Assembly (NCBI GenBank): GCA_902615045.1
Contig: CACMNP010000001.1
Location: forward strand, 117,705-181,704
Reading direction: 5' to 3'
Length of the DNA stretch: 64,000 bases
Source: an uncultured Pelagibacteraceae bacterium
Lineage (GTDB): Bacteria; Pseudomonadota; Alphaproteobacteria; Pelagibacterales; Pelagibacteraceae
A model generated the notes under the pieces. That model saw only the letters and a program-made list of their open reading frames with translations. It did not search any database and was not told the origin of the DNA. This document shows positions 31,954 to 41,374 of this stretch, piece by piece. The first letter of the stretch is position 1, and every line of letters begins with the position of its first letter. Made by a program: the position numbers and the translations under genes.

Positions 31954-32675
31954 AAATATTTCCAGCAATAGATATTAAAGATAAAAAATGCGTTAGATTA
32001 ATCAAAGGAGACTTCGAAAATAAAACTGAATACGACATGTCTCCAGTAGAGCAAGCAAGAAAATATAAAGATAATGGATTTAAAAATTTACATATAGTCG
32101 ATCTGGACGGTGCATTAACTGGAGATCCGATTAATATTGATATTATTCATGATATTGTTGGAAAATTTGATCTTAAAATTGAAATAGGAGGTGGGATCAG
32201 AAATTTTGAGACTATTCAAAAATATATTGATACTGGTGTTGAAAAAGTAATTTTGGGAAGTGCTGCCATAAAAGATAGAAGATTTTTAGAAGAAGCTTGT
32301 AATAAATTTCCAAACCAAATTGCATTAGGTTTGGATGCCAAAGATGGCCATCTTGCAATTTCAGGGTGGACTGAAGAGTCGGATAAACTAACAGCAGAAT
32401 ATCTTAAAAAAGTAAATAATTATGGGGTTAGTAGGATTATTTATACAGATATCAATAGAGATGGAACTAAGCAAAGCCCAAATTTTGAGGAAACACAAAA
32501 GGTGGCAGATATTTCAAATTGTCCAGTAGTTATATCTGGAGGTGTTTCATCAATTGATGATATTAAAAGAGCAAAAAAATTAAATAATATTGAAGGAGTA
32601 ATAGTTGGAAAAGCTATATACGATGGAGATATAAAGTTAGATGAACTTGCAAAAGAAATAGATGCTCAAAAATAG
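31950..32675 (+). CDS. hisA: ProFAR isomerase
   Basis: [34 protein letters not shown]. Confidence 0.96.
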   Translation: MKIFPAIDIKDKKCVRLIKGDFENKTEYDMSPVEQARKYKDNGFKNLHIVDLDGALTGDPINIDIIHDIVGKFDLKIEIGGGIRNFETIQKYIDTGVEKVILGSAAIKDRRFLEEACNKFPNQIALGLDAKDGHLAISGWTEESDKLTAEYLKKVNNYGVSRIIYTDINRDGTKQSPNFEETQKVADISNCPVVISGGVSSIDDIKRAKKLNNIEGVIVGKAIYDGDIKLDELAKEIDAQK

Positions 32676-33414
32676 AATAATACCCTGTTTAGATGTCAAA
32701 AATGGTCGTGTTGTAAAAGGTATTAACTTTGTTGATCTAAAAGATGCAGGAGATCCTGTTGAACAAGCAAAAATTTATAGCGATGGTGGTGCTGACGAGA
32801 TTTGCTTTTTAGATATAACTGCCTCAAATGAAAATAGAGATACTATTTATGAAGTGGTAGAGAAAACTTCTAAAAAATGTTTTGTTCCTTTAACAGTTGG
32901 CGGTGGTGTTAGAAGTATTGATGATATTAATAAATTACTTAATTGTGGAGCTGATAAAGTATCAATCAATACAGCAGCTGTTCAAAATTCAAAAGTTGTA
33001 GAAGATAGTTCTAGAAAATTTGGATCACAATGCATTGTTGTTGCAATTGATGCAAAGAGAAAAGACGATGGATGGGAAATCTTTACTCATGGGGGAAGAA
33101 ATCCAACTGGCGTAAATGCTTTAGAATTTGCATCTAAAATGGAAAAATGTGGCGCGGGAGAGCTTCTTGTGACATCCATGGATAAAGATGGCACTCAATC
33201 TGGATATGATATTGAATTGATGCAAAAGATATCGTCTATGGTTAATATTCCAGTTATTGCCTCAGGTGGTGTTGGTACATTAGATCATTTAGTAGATGGA
33301 ATAAAATCAGGTGCTAGTGCTGTTTTAGCTGCATCTATATTCCATTATGGGACTTATTCAGTAAATGAAGCTAAGCAATATTTGGCTTCAAAAGATATAC
33401 CTGTTAGGATTTAG
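32662..33414 (+). CDS. hisF: IGP synthase cyclase subunit
   Basis: [41 protein letters not shown]. Confidence 0.98.
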   Translation: MLKNRIIPCLDVKNGRVVKGINFVDLKDAGDPVEQAKIYSDGGADEICFLDITASNENRDTIYEVVEKTSKKCFVPLTVGGGVRSIDDINKLLNCGADKVSINTAAVQNSKVVEDSSRKFGSQCIVVAIDAKRKDDGWEIFTHGGRNPTGVNALEFASKMEKCGAGELLVTSMDKDGTQSGYDIELMQKISSMVNIPVIASGGVGTLDHLVDGIKSGASAVLAASIFHYGTYSVNEAKQYLASKDIPVRI

Positions 33415-33415
33415 A

Positions 33416-33688
33416 ATGTTAAAGATTTTAGAAGATCTCGTCATACTTGCAAGAGAGCGAAAAAGTAATCCCATTGAAGGCTCATATACCAATAAGCTTT
33501 TAGAGGATAAATCTTTAGCAAAAGAAAAGGTATTAGAAGAAATAAATGAACTCATAGAAGCTGTAGAGCAAGACTCAAATAAAATCCATGAAGCTGCAGA
33601 TGTTTTATATCACTTAATTATGTATCTAGAAAAAAGTGGTATAAAAATTGAAGAAGTAATGGAAGAACTGAATAGTCGAAAGAAATAA
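33416..33688 (+). CDS. hisE: Phosphoribosyl-ATP diphosphatase
   Basis: GSYT..L, KVLEE..E, HEAADVLYH; likely start is the ATG at 33416 just after the hisF stop. Confidence 0.92.
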   Translation: MLKILEDLVILARERKSNPIEGSYTNKLLEDKSLAKEKVLEEINELIEAVEQDSNKIHEAADVLYHLIMYLEKSGIKIEEVMEELNSRKK

Positions 33689-33690
33689 TA

Positions 33691-33834
33691 ATGATTCAAA
33701 GTTATATAAATTGGGAAAAAAGACAAATTCAGTGGTGGAAGAAAAAACTCAGACTTTCTGAGCATGGACTAGCTTGGATATCTTTTATCAAGGGAATTTT
33801 GGTTGGATTATTGATTTATCATTTCTTTTTTTAG
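33691..33834 (+). CDS. Small membrane protein (47 aa); not in the ORF track
   Basis: MIQSYINWEKRQIQWWKKKLRLSEHGLAWISFIKGILVGLLIYHFFF*; amphipathic helix plus one TM helix; starts 2 nt after the hisE stop. Confidence 0.65.
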   Translation: MIQSYINWEKRQIQWWKKKLRLSEHGLAWISFIKGILVGLLIYHFFF

Positions 33835-33894
33835 CAAAATAACAAATTTCATCAGAGCGCCGGACTCATAAGCCCGAGTTTAGCTTTTCTCCCC

Positions 33895-35160
33895 TTATAA
33901 TTTCCCAGGTAACCAGGTTGAGAATATTGGAAAGAGTATCATTAGTATTCCATAAATTATTCCAACGATTGTAAATAAAGGAACCTCTTTAAAAGCTTTG
34001 GCTGGGTTTTCTTTGATCACACCTGCAGCTGTATAAATACCTACGCACACAGGGGGTGTGATCATTCCTATTCCTGCAAAAGCAACAAATACTACGTAAA
34101 GATGAAGTAAACTTTGATTAAATGATAATGTGATTGCTGCAAAAATTGGAACCGTTAAATAAAACACAGGTACTATTTCAATAAAAGTTCCAAGGATTAA
34201 ACAGATTGCTCCAAGCATTATCCAGAACAGATTTACACTAACTCCTTTATCCGTGAAGAATGTAATAATTTTTTGAGGAGCTTGCGTGTAAGTTAAAACC
34301 ACACTTAAGAAAGTTGCAGTAGCTATAATTGCAAAAATTACAGCTGTTATGATTGCAGTTTCCCTTAAACAACTCATCAAAGATGAAAAAGTAAGTTCAC
34401 GGTAAATTAAAAATCCAATCAACACTGCATAAACACCTGCAACAGCAGCTGATTCAGATGGGGTCAGTATCCCTGCATAAATTCCACCTAAAATTATAAC
34501 TGGAGTGATCAATGCTGGTAACGCAGCTATGAAAGAACTTACTCTTTCTTTCAATGATGCCTTCTCATCTGTTCTAATATGCCTACATTTAAACAAAACT
34601 AGAAGGACCATCAAAACAAGGAGAACAAGGCCTGGAATAACGCCTGCTGCAAAAGTTTTTGAGACTGGAACGTTTGTTAGGGCACTAAATAATATTGCAG
34701 CATTGGAAGGAGGTATTAATGCCTCTAATAGAGCGGCTGAAGCGGCAAGAACAACAACAAATGGAGTTGGATAACCTTGTTCAATCATCTTTGGCATCAT
34801 AATTGTTCCAACTGCTGTTATAGCAGCTAAGATTGAACCGCAAAAAGCCGCAAAGAAACCCATCGCAATAACCATCGCAACTCCCAATCCACCAGGCCAA
34901 TGACCAACTAGTGTTGTTGTAAACTTAACTAATCTTGATGCTGCTCCACCTTTTAACATAGCCATACCAGTAAATATGAATAATGGAACGGCAATAAGAA
35001 CATGTTTAGTTAATGCACCAAATGAAACTTGTATTAAAACTGACCAAGGTAGATTTAAACCTGCAATTGCAGCTAATGAACTCCCTAATCCAAAAACTAA
35101 AAAAATTGGAACCGATATAACTAATGTTACAAGAGAAATAATAAAAGCTAATCCAAACAT
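33895..35160 (-). CDS. dctM: TRAP transporter large permease (DctM)
   Basis: LIAVPLFIFTG, LIPPS, GGIYAGILTPSESA, ITPPV; highly hydrophobic. Confidence 0.92.
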   Translation of the reverse strand: MFGLAFIISLVTLVISVPIFLVFGLGSSLAAIAGLNLPWSVLIQVSFGALTKHVLIAVPLFIFTGMAMLKGGAASRLVKFTTTLVGHWPGGLGVAMVIAMGFFAAFCGSILAAITAVGTIMMPKMIEQGYPTPFVVVLAASAALLEALIPPSNAAILFSALTNVPVSKTFAAGVIPGLVLLVLMVLLVLFKCRHIRTDEKASLKERVSSFIAALPALITPVIILGGIYAGILTPSESAAVAGVYAVLIGFLIYRELTFSSLMSCLRETAIITAVIFAIIATATFLSVVLTYTQAPQKIITFFTDKGVSVNLFWIMLGAICLILGTFIEIVPVFYLTVPIFAAITLSFNQSLLHLYVVFVAFAGIGMITPPVCVGIYTAAGVIKENPAKAFKEVPLFTIVGIIYGILMILFPIFSTWLPGKL

Positions 35161-35655
35161 TTATTCTTTTCCTGAAAGTTTTTTAAAATTATCTAAAATA
35201 AGTTCTAATGAAGTTAATGCTAAAATTAAAAATCCTACTGGAAATGCTAAAAACATCCACCAGATAGGAATATTTATTTCTAATTCCATCATCTGTCCTA
35301 AATTGTAATACATTGTTGTTGCATCAACTCCTGCTTTAAAGAAAACGCACGCAGAAATTAAAGCTATTAAATTTACAATTGTTCCAATAATATTTTTTGA
35401 TTTTTCAGATAAATAATGACTTAAAAAATCTACTTTAATATGTTGTCCTTGCTTTAATAAAGGACCAAGTAATGGAAAAACCAGCCAACTTACCATTACT
35501 GGAGGTAATTCAATAAACCACGCAAATCCTGTGCCTGTAATAAATCTTGTAGTAGCGCTTAATGCTAAAGCTGCCACCATTAAAAAGACAATGAACATTG
35601 CGAGCGAAATAGCAGCTTTTGCTAGCAAATTGTTAATAGCTCGCAATGCCCTCAT
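35161..35655 (-). CDS. dctQ: TRAP transporter small permease (DctQ)
   Basis: Four TM helices, W..EL, HIKVD, IPIWW..LAFPVG. Confidence 0.88.
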   Translation of the reverse strand: MRALRAINNLLAKAAISLAMFIVFLMVAALALSATTRFITGTGFAWFIELPPVMVSWLVFPLLGPLLKQGQHIKVDFLSHYLSEKSKNIIGTIVNLIALISACVFFKAGVDATTMYYNLGQMMELEINIPIWWMFLAFPVGFLILALTSLELILDNFKKLSGKE

Positions 35656-35683
35656 AATCTTTTTAGAAAAAGTTTAACTTCTT

Positions 35684-36701
35684 CTAATTACTTTTAGCAT
35701 ATGCTTGTGCTGCCTCTAAAGCGTCAGCATCAATCATTTTAGCCATTGCTGGCATTACTTCATCCTTCATAAGCTTATCAAACTTAGCTTTTTCAGCTCC
35801 TGAAAGCGTAGTAACAACACCGCCTCTTTCTTGGAATTTTTTAAGAGTGCTTTCTCCAGTATCCATAATTAAGTCAGTTGATCTTTTTCCTACTTCTTTA
35901 CCAACATCCATTATGATTTTTTGTAAGTCTGGAGATAAACTATTAAACCAAGTTGAGTTAGCCATAATATACGCGTCCGCATAGTATTGATATGGCTTTT
36001 GAGCGTATTTTAAAAATTCCCACCAGCTATATGCTTCGATACTTCCTGGAGGGCTGTTGATCGTATCAATCATTCCAGTTTGTAATGAAGTATAAACTTC
36101 ACCAGTAGGCAAAGATACTCTGTTTGCACCTAAAGCATCCCACATAGGCTCTTCACTTTTTAAAAGTCTTCTAGCCTTTAGACCTTTCATGGCATCAATA
36201 CCTGTTAACTCTTTAGCACTTGAAAAAGTCATTACAGGTCCAACAGGGTTATACATTACTAATGTTGAATTAGTTTTTTTTGTTAACTCACCCCAAATTT
36301 CTTTTCCTTTTGGTGAGTTTTGGAAAAAACCTCTTTGTTGTTCCCATGAATTAAATAATCCTGGAAACGAAGCAACATTAAAGTTTTTTATTTATTGGTG
36401 GAAAACTTACCACTCCAACAATTCCTCCAAGTTCAACTGCACCAGAAGTTACCGCTCCCATTACTTCTCTAATTCCAAATAATTGTTTAGATGGATAAAC
36501 TTCGATTTTTAATTTTCCTTTTGCTCTTTTATTTACTTCATCTGCAAAAATTTGTGCATGTTTTGCGCTGTGGTGCTTCGGACTCCAGTGAACCGATAAT
36601 CGTCCAACTATCTCTGAAAAAGCAGCTGTTGAAGTAAGAACAAATGAAAAAATAAATGTTAAGCTAATAATAGCTTTATAAATTGATTTAAATTTATTCA
36701 T
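35684..36701 (-). CDS. dctP: TRAP substrate-binding protein (DctP), split by an apparent frameshift at the A6 run (plus-strand T 36384-36389)
   Basis: Signal peptide, GKLKIEVYPSKQL, GLKARR, GEVYTSLQTGMID. Removing one A gives ...PINKNFNVASFPGLF... continuous with the 190-aa ORF. Confidence 0.88.
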
Positions 36702-36792
36702 TTTTCCTCTCTTTTTTAAAAATTGATCTTATTAGTTGCATATATTTTAACAATGCAAAATTTTAAAATATTTTATAAGATAATTTTTTAAA

Positions 36793-37281
36793 ATGAAACG
36801 TAATGGGTTCACATTAATCGAATTACTTGTTGTAGTAGCAATTATAGGTATTTTAGCTGCGGTAGGGGTAGTTGCATACAGTGGTTATACAAGTGGAGCA
36901 AAAAAATCAGCGACTATTTCAAATCATCAAGCAGTGGTTAAATATATAACTACAGAAGTATTAAAGTGTTCAATAGGTGAGAGCAAAGCTATGGATGGAG
37001 AATTAGATTGCTCAAAAAGTGGCACATCTAACTGGAAAAATGATGTAGCACAAGAAGCTGCTAAAGTTTTGAATAGAAATTTTAAGAATCCTTACACTTC
37101 ATTACCTCCAGTTTCTCATGGTGGAAATATTACGAATGATAGTGACGTCGGATATCATAGATTGAGATCTCCTGGAACAACAATTGAAGTTTGGACTTGT
37201 GTTAAAACTCCTTGTGCTGGAACTGAATGTAATATTCCAAATCATGTTTGTAGTAGTGATATTGATATAAGTGGTCTTTAA
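36793..37281 (+). CDS. Type IV pilin-like protein (prepilin N-terminal cleavage/methylation domain)
   Basis: MKRNG|FTLIELLVVVAIIGILAAVG; Cys-containing C-terminal domain. Confidence 0.92.
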   Translation: MKRNGFTLIELLVVVAIIGILAAVGVVAYSGYTSGAKKSATISNHQAVVKYITTEVLKCSIGESKAMDGELDCSKSGTSNWKNDVAQEAAKVLNRNFKNPYTSLPPVSHGGNITNDSDVGYHRLRSPGTTIEVWTCVKTPCAGTECNIPNHVCSSDIDISGL

Positions 37282-37759
37282 AATTTCTAAAAAAAACGGT
37301 TTTACTTTAATAGAACTCTTAGTTGTAGTTGCGATAATTGGTATTTTAGCTGCTGTAGGTGTAGTTGCGTACAGTGGTTATACCACCAGTGCTAGACATA
37401 ATGTGTGTAAAGACAATCACAAAAAAATTGTTAAAACAATTGTCGAGAAAAAAACTTTTTGTGAATTCAATGATACAATTAAACTAAGAACGTGGTACTC
37501 AGGTTTCAAAAAGGGCGCTGAATATGATTTTAATTGCTCAAATACTTTTTCATCTTTAGCTCAAAATGTTGGTATTCATATGACTAATATTCTTAAAAAT
37601 GCATATACTCCAAATAATCATTGGGGATATGATTGGATGGGTAATAGCTCAACTCCTACAACAGAAGGTAGATCTTTTTATCATTCAATATCTTCTTCTC
37701 AGTTTAGAATTAGAACGCTTTGTGATAATAATGTTATCGAGACAATTATAGATGAATAA
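37271..37759 (+). CDS. Type IV pilin-like protein (second copy)
   Basis: KKNG|FTLIELLVVVAIIGILAAVG; GTG start overlapping the first pilin's end. Confidence 0.9.
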   Translation: MVFKISKKNGFTLIELLVVVAIIGILAAVGVVAYSGYTTSARHNVCKDNHKKIVKTIVEKKTFCEFNDTIKLRTWYSGFKKGAEYDFNCSNTFSSLAQNVGIHMTNILKNAYTPNNHWGYDWMGNSSTPTTEGRSFYHSISSSQFRIRTLCDNNVIETIIDE

Positions 37760-37813
37760 ATAATTTTAATTATTATAAGAAAGAAATAATATAAATAGTA
37801 ACTCAAATAAATT

Positions 37814-38179
37814 ATGAATTACGATAATAATAATATTTTTGCCAAAATAATAAGAGCAGAAATTCCTTGTAACAAAATATACGAAGATGATTTTGTTTTA
37901 TCTTTTTATGATATTAATCCACAAAAAAAGATTCATGCTTTAGTAATACCCAAAGGAAAGTATGTAGATTTGGATGATTTTAATACCAACGCTTCAAATG
38001 AAGAAATTATTGGTTTAATGAAAGGTATTACTACAGTTGCAAAAAAATTAGGCATTTCTTCTATTGATGGGAAAGGTTATAGAGCTCTAGCTAATATAAG
38101 TGATTATGGCGGTCAAGAAGTACCACATCTTCATTTCCATTTATTCGGTGGTGAAAAAGTTGGAAAAATGGTTTCGTGA
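37814..38179 (+). CDS. HIT family nucleotide-binding protein
   Basis: NIFAKII, DINP, GGQEVPHLHFHL. Confidence 0.95.
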   Translation: MNYDNNNIFAKIIRAEIPCNKIYEDDFVLSFYDINPQKKIHALVIPKGKYVDLDDFNTNASNEEIIGLMKGITTVAKKLGISSIDGKGYRALANISDYGGQEVPHLHFHLFGGEKVGKMVS

Positions 38180-38688
38180 TTACTAAAGTAGATAGGAAAT
38201 ACTTAGAAATTAATTCAATTGATGAAATTAATTTATCAAAAAAACCCAAAAGTAATTGCAAAGTAGAAAAAAAAAATCCACCAGATTTTCAAATCAATAA
38301 ATTTTTTTATAAGCAAATTGGTAAAAGTTATCGTTGGATTGATAGATTAGTTTGGAATGATACTAAGTGGACGGATTATACAAACAATTCAAATTTAGAG
38401 ACTTACATTCTTACAGAAAATGAAGATCTAATAGGCTTTTTTGAACTTTTATTTCATCCAGAGACAAGAAAATGTGAAGTAGCTTATTTCGGTATCCTTG
38501 ATCAATTTATTGGAAAAAAATATGGTGGTTATCTTTTATCGGAGGCTTTGAAACTAGGATTTAGAAAAAATACTAAGAAAGTTTGGCTGCATACTTGTTC
38601 TTTAGACCACAAACATGCTTTAAAAAATTATTTAGGAAGAGGTATGAAAATTTTTAAATCTGAAAGTATTAATATAGATATTAGTTGA
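38176..38688 (+). CDS. GNAT family N-acetyltransferase
   Basis: EVAYFGI...FIGKKYGG, VWLHTCSLDH..ALKNY..RG. Confidence 0.88.
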   Translation: MITKVDRKYLEINSIDEINLSKKPKSNCKVEKKNPPDFQINKFFYKQIGKSYRWIDRLVWNDTKWTDYTNNSNLETYILTENEDLIGFFELLFHPETRKCEVAYFGILDQFIGKKYGGYLLSEALKLGFRKNTKKVWLHTCSLDHKHALKNYLGRGMKIFKSESINIDIS

Positions 38689-39235
38689 TATAATTTTGAA
38701 CTCTAAATATTTTTTCATCGATCATTATATTTGTTTCCACATTAGACAACTTAGTTTCAACTTTGTTAAGATAAATGTCAGTTGTGTTCCATCCTATAAT
38801 TTCATAACTAACTTTATCAAAAAAAATATTTAATAAATTATTTTTATGTATAATTTCAAAAGAGAAAGTTTCATCGTTCTCTTCAATTGTTTCCACCTGA
38901 TCTAGTTTATTTAGTAGAAATTTTTTATCTAAAATTAAATCAAGAGGAGTGTCTTTAAGTTGGTATCTTAAATAATTTTTAATTTTTTTACTATTTATCA
39001 CGAGTGATCTTCCGTTAGATACTAAAATTTTATTATATATATCATCATACTTACATAAAATTTTTTTTGAGTATGAAATTATACATTTTCCTTGTTCAGT
39101 TTTTTTTCCAATTTTTTGAATAAATTTAAAAGATATATTATCTGTCTCTTCTAATTTATTTTTTATTAGTTGCTTTGATGATGCTAAAATATTTAATGGG
39201 TAAAAGAATATTAAAATAAAAATTATATATTTCAC
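38681..39235 (-). CDS. lolA: Outer-membrane lipoprotein carrier LolA
   Basis: Signal peptide, F.Q...G, ILVSNG, TPLDLIL; downstream of ftsK. Confidence 0.8.
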   Translation of the reverse strand: MKYIIFILIFFYPLNILASSKQLIKNKLEETDNISFKFIQKIGKKTEQGKCIISYSKKILCKYDDIYNKILVSNGRSLVINSKKIKNYLRYQLKDTPLDLILDKKFLLNKLDQVETIEENDETFSFEIIHKNNLLNIFFDKVSYEIIGWNTTDIYLNKVETKLSNVETNIMIDEKIFRVQNYIN

Positions 39236-41313
39236 TATTTTAAAACTTCTCTTTTTCCAACATGGTTAGCCTTACTAACTTCACCATTTGCTTCCATTTG
39301 ATCAATAATTCTTGCAGCTCTGTTGTATCCAATTTGCAATTTTCTTTGCAAAAATGAGGTAGATGCTTTTCTCTCTGATTTAATTATTTCTAATGCTTCA
39401 TTGTACAATTCATCAGTATCAGAATTATCTTTATTTTTTTCACCAATTTCCTTCTCGTCAGCAAAATCCAAAATCTCATCAACATAATCTGGCTCTGCTT
39501 GATTTCTCAGGAAGTTATTTACTTTATCTATCTCTATTTCAGATACATAAGGTGCATGTATTCTTGTAATCCTGTTTGCTGATGACATATATAACATGTC
39601 ACCTTTACCCAAAAGTTGTTCAGCTCCTTGTTCGCCTAAAATTGTCCTACTGTCAATTTTGGAAGTTACTTGAAACGAAATACGAGTAGGAAAATTAGCT
39701 TTTATCGTTCCAGTTATTACATCTACACTTGGTCTTTGTGTTGCCATTATTATATGAATTCCAGCTGCTCTAGCCATTTGTGATAACTTTTGAATGTAGT
39801 TTTCAATCTCTTTACCAGCGACCAACATAAGATCTGACATTTCATCAACAATCACAACAATATAAGGCATCTTAACTTTGTGCTTTTCATTATAACCATC
39901 AATGTTCCTTACCCCCACTTTTGTCATCAACCTGTATCTGCTTTCCATTTCTTTAACTACCCAACCCAAAACAGATGCTGCTTTTTTTGCTTCAGTAATA
40001 ACTGGACATAATAAATGTGGAATCCCTTCATAAGTTGAAAGTTCTAACATTTTTGGATCGATCAAAATGAACTTGCAGATATCTGGGGTATGTTTGTAAA
40101 TTAGTGATAAGATAATTGTATTTATACATACTGATTTTCCCGAGCCAGTAGTTCCGGCTATTAATAAATGAGGCATCAAACTTAAATCGCTAGTTATAGG
40201 CTCTCCAGATATACTTTTACCAAGAGCAATTGGTAATTTTATATCTCTTTTTTTAAAATTTTTATCTGAAATTATTTCTCTTAAAAAAACATTTTCTCTT
40301 GATACCTTGGGCAGTTCAATGCCAACAGTATTACTTCCAGGTATTGTAGCTATCCTTGCAGACTCTGAACTTGTGTTTCTAGCAATGTCTTCTGCTAAAT
40401 TAATAATTTTAGAAACTTTAACACCAGCTGCAGGCTCAAATTCATTCAAAGAGACAACAGGTCCATGACTTATTTTTTTTATGCTTCCCTCCACTCCAAA
40501 ATCAAGAAGTATTTTTTCTAATCCTTCAGCATTTATTTTAACATCCTCTTTATTATTTAAAATCTTTTCTGGTTTTTTTAAAAAATCAATCAAAGGTAAT
40601 TTGATTTTCGCATCATTTAAAATTGATTTTTTGGTAGCAAATAAATCTTCTTGGATTGGAGACTCTTTAGCATTTTCAACTATAGAACTTTCTTTAAGTA
40701 TATTTTCTTGAACAATAGAATTAGTTTTCTTTGATAAAAACAATTTTTTCATTAATGTAAAAAAGCTTAAAATATGTGAAATTTTAAAATTACTGCTTAA
40801 AAGAAAAAATAATATAATAAAAAATATTAATACATAATAACTTATAGATTTATTAATTTTCAAAAATTCTGCAATTATAGTTTCCGACATTAAATCACCT
40901 ACAAAACCATTGTTTCCATTGATTATTAACCAATAGGTCTCTTTATGGAAAATACCAAAGAAAAAGGTTGCAACAATAATGTAAAGAATTACAAAAAAAA
41001 TATTTTCTATAATAACAATTAATTTTTTATTAATTGTTATCGATAGCCCAGTGAAAAGAAGAGAAAAAGGAATTAGAAGTGATATTATACCAATTGATTG
41101 AAAAAATATATCAGCAACAAAGCTTCCTCTAAAACCAAGAAAATTTTTTATTTCCTGATTTTCTGGAAATATAAAATTTGGATCTTCTGGTGAATAGCTA
41201 ATTAGAGATATAAAAAGTAATATTGAAGTAACTATTAAAAAAATACCCATCAGTTCTGCCAATCTCTTTATTATAAAATCGCCTATTTTATTGATATAAT
41301 TTTTAAATATCAT
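39235..41313 (-). CDS. ftsK: DNA translocase FtsK
   Basis: N-terminal TM domain, PHLLIAGTTGSGKS, IVDEMSDL, ATQRPSVD, gamma domain IGYNRAARII. Confidence 0.97.
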   Translation of the reverse strand: MIFKNYINKIGDFIIKRLAELMGIFLIVTSILLFISLISYSPEDPNFIFPENQEIKNFLGFRGSFVADIFFQSIGIISLLIPFSLLFTGLSITINKKLIVIIENIFFVILYIIVATFFFGIFHKETYWLIINGNNGFVGDLMSETIIAEFLKINKSISYYVLIFFIILFFLLSSNFKISHILSFFTLMKKLFLSKKTNSIVQENILKESSIVENAKESPIQEDLFATKKSILNDAKIKLPLIDFLKKPEKILNNKEDVKINAEGLEKILLDFGVEGSIKKISHGPVVSLNEFEPAAGVKVSKIINLAEDIARNTSSESARIATIPGSNTVGIELPKVSRENVFLREIISDKNFKKRDIKLPIALGKSISGEPITSDLSLMPHLLIAGTTGSGKSVCINTIILSLIYKHTPDICKFILIDPKMLELSTYEGIPHLLCPVITEAKKAASVLGWVVKEMESRYRLMTKVGVRNIDGYNEKHKVKMPYIVVIVDEMSDLMLVAGKEIENYIQKLSQMARAAGIHIIMATQRPSVDVITGTIKANFPTRISFQVTSKIDSRTILGEQGAEQLLGKGDMLYMSSANRITRIHAPYVSEIEIDKVNNFLRNQAEPDYVDEILDFADEKEIGEKNKDNSDTDELYNEALEIIKSERKASTSFLQRKLQIGYNRAARIIDQMEANGEVSKANHVGKREVLK

Positions 41314-41374
41314 GAATCAAAACTGCATTTGTCACTTTGTATCATTTAATTTTTATTGTTAAAATTATTTTGTT

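Noticed and set aside
33365-33415. Longer hisE start given by the track
   Set aside because: Overlaps hisF by 50 nt; the ATG at 33416 gives the normal HisE size
33845-33894. Hammerhead ribozyme (CUGAUGA on the minus strand)
   Set aside because: No stem II followed by GAAA and no stem III/cleavage triplet in the required arrangement
36793-37759. Diversity-generating retroelement or shufflon acting on the pilins
   Set aside because: No reverse transcriptase, recombinase, template/variable repeat pair or inverted recombination sites; the shared block differs at synonymous positions of all bases
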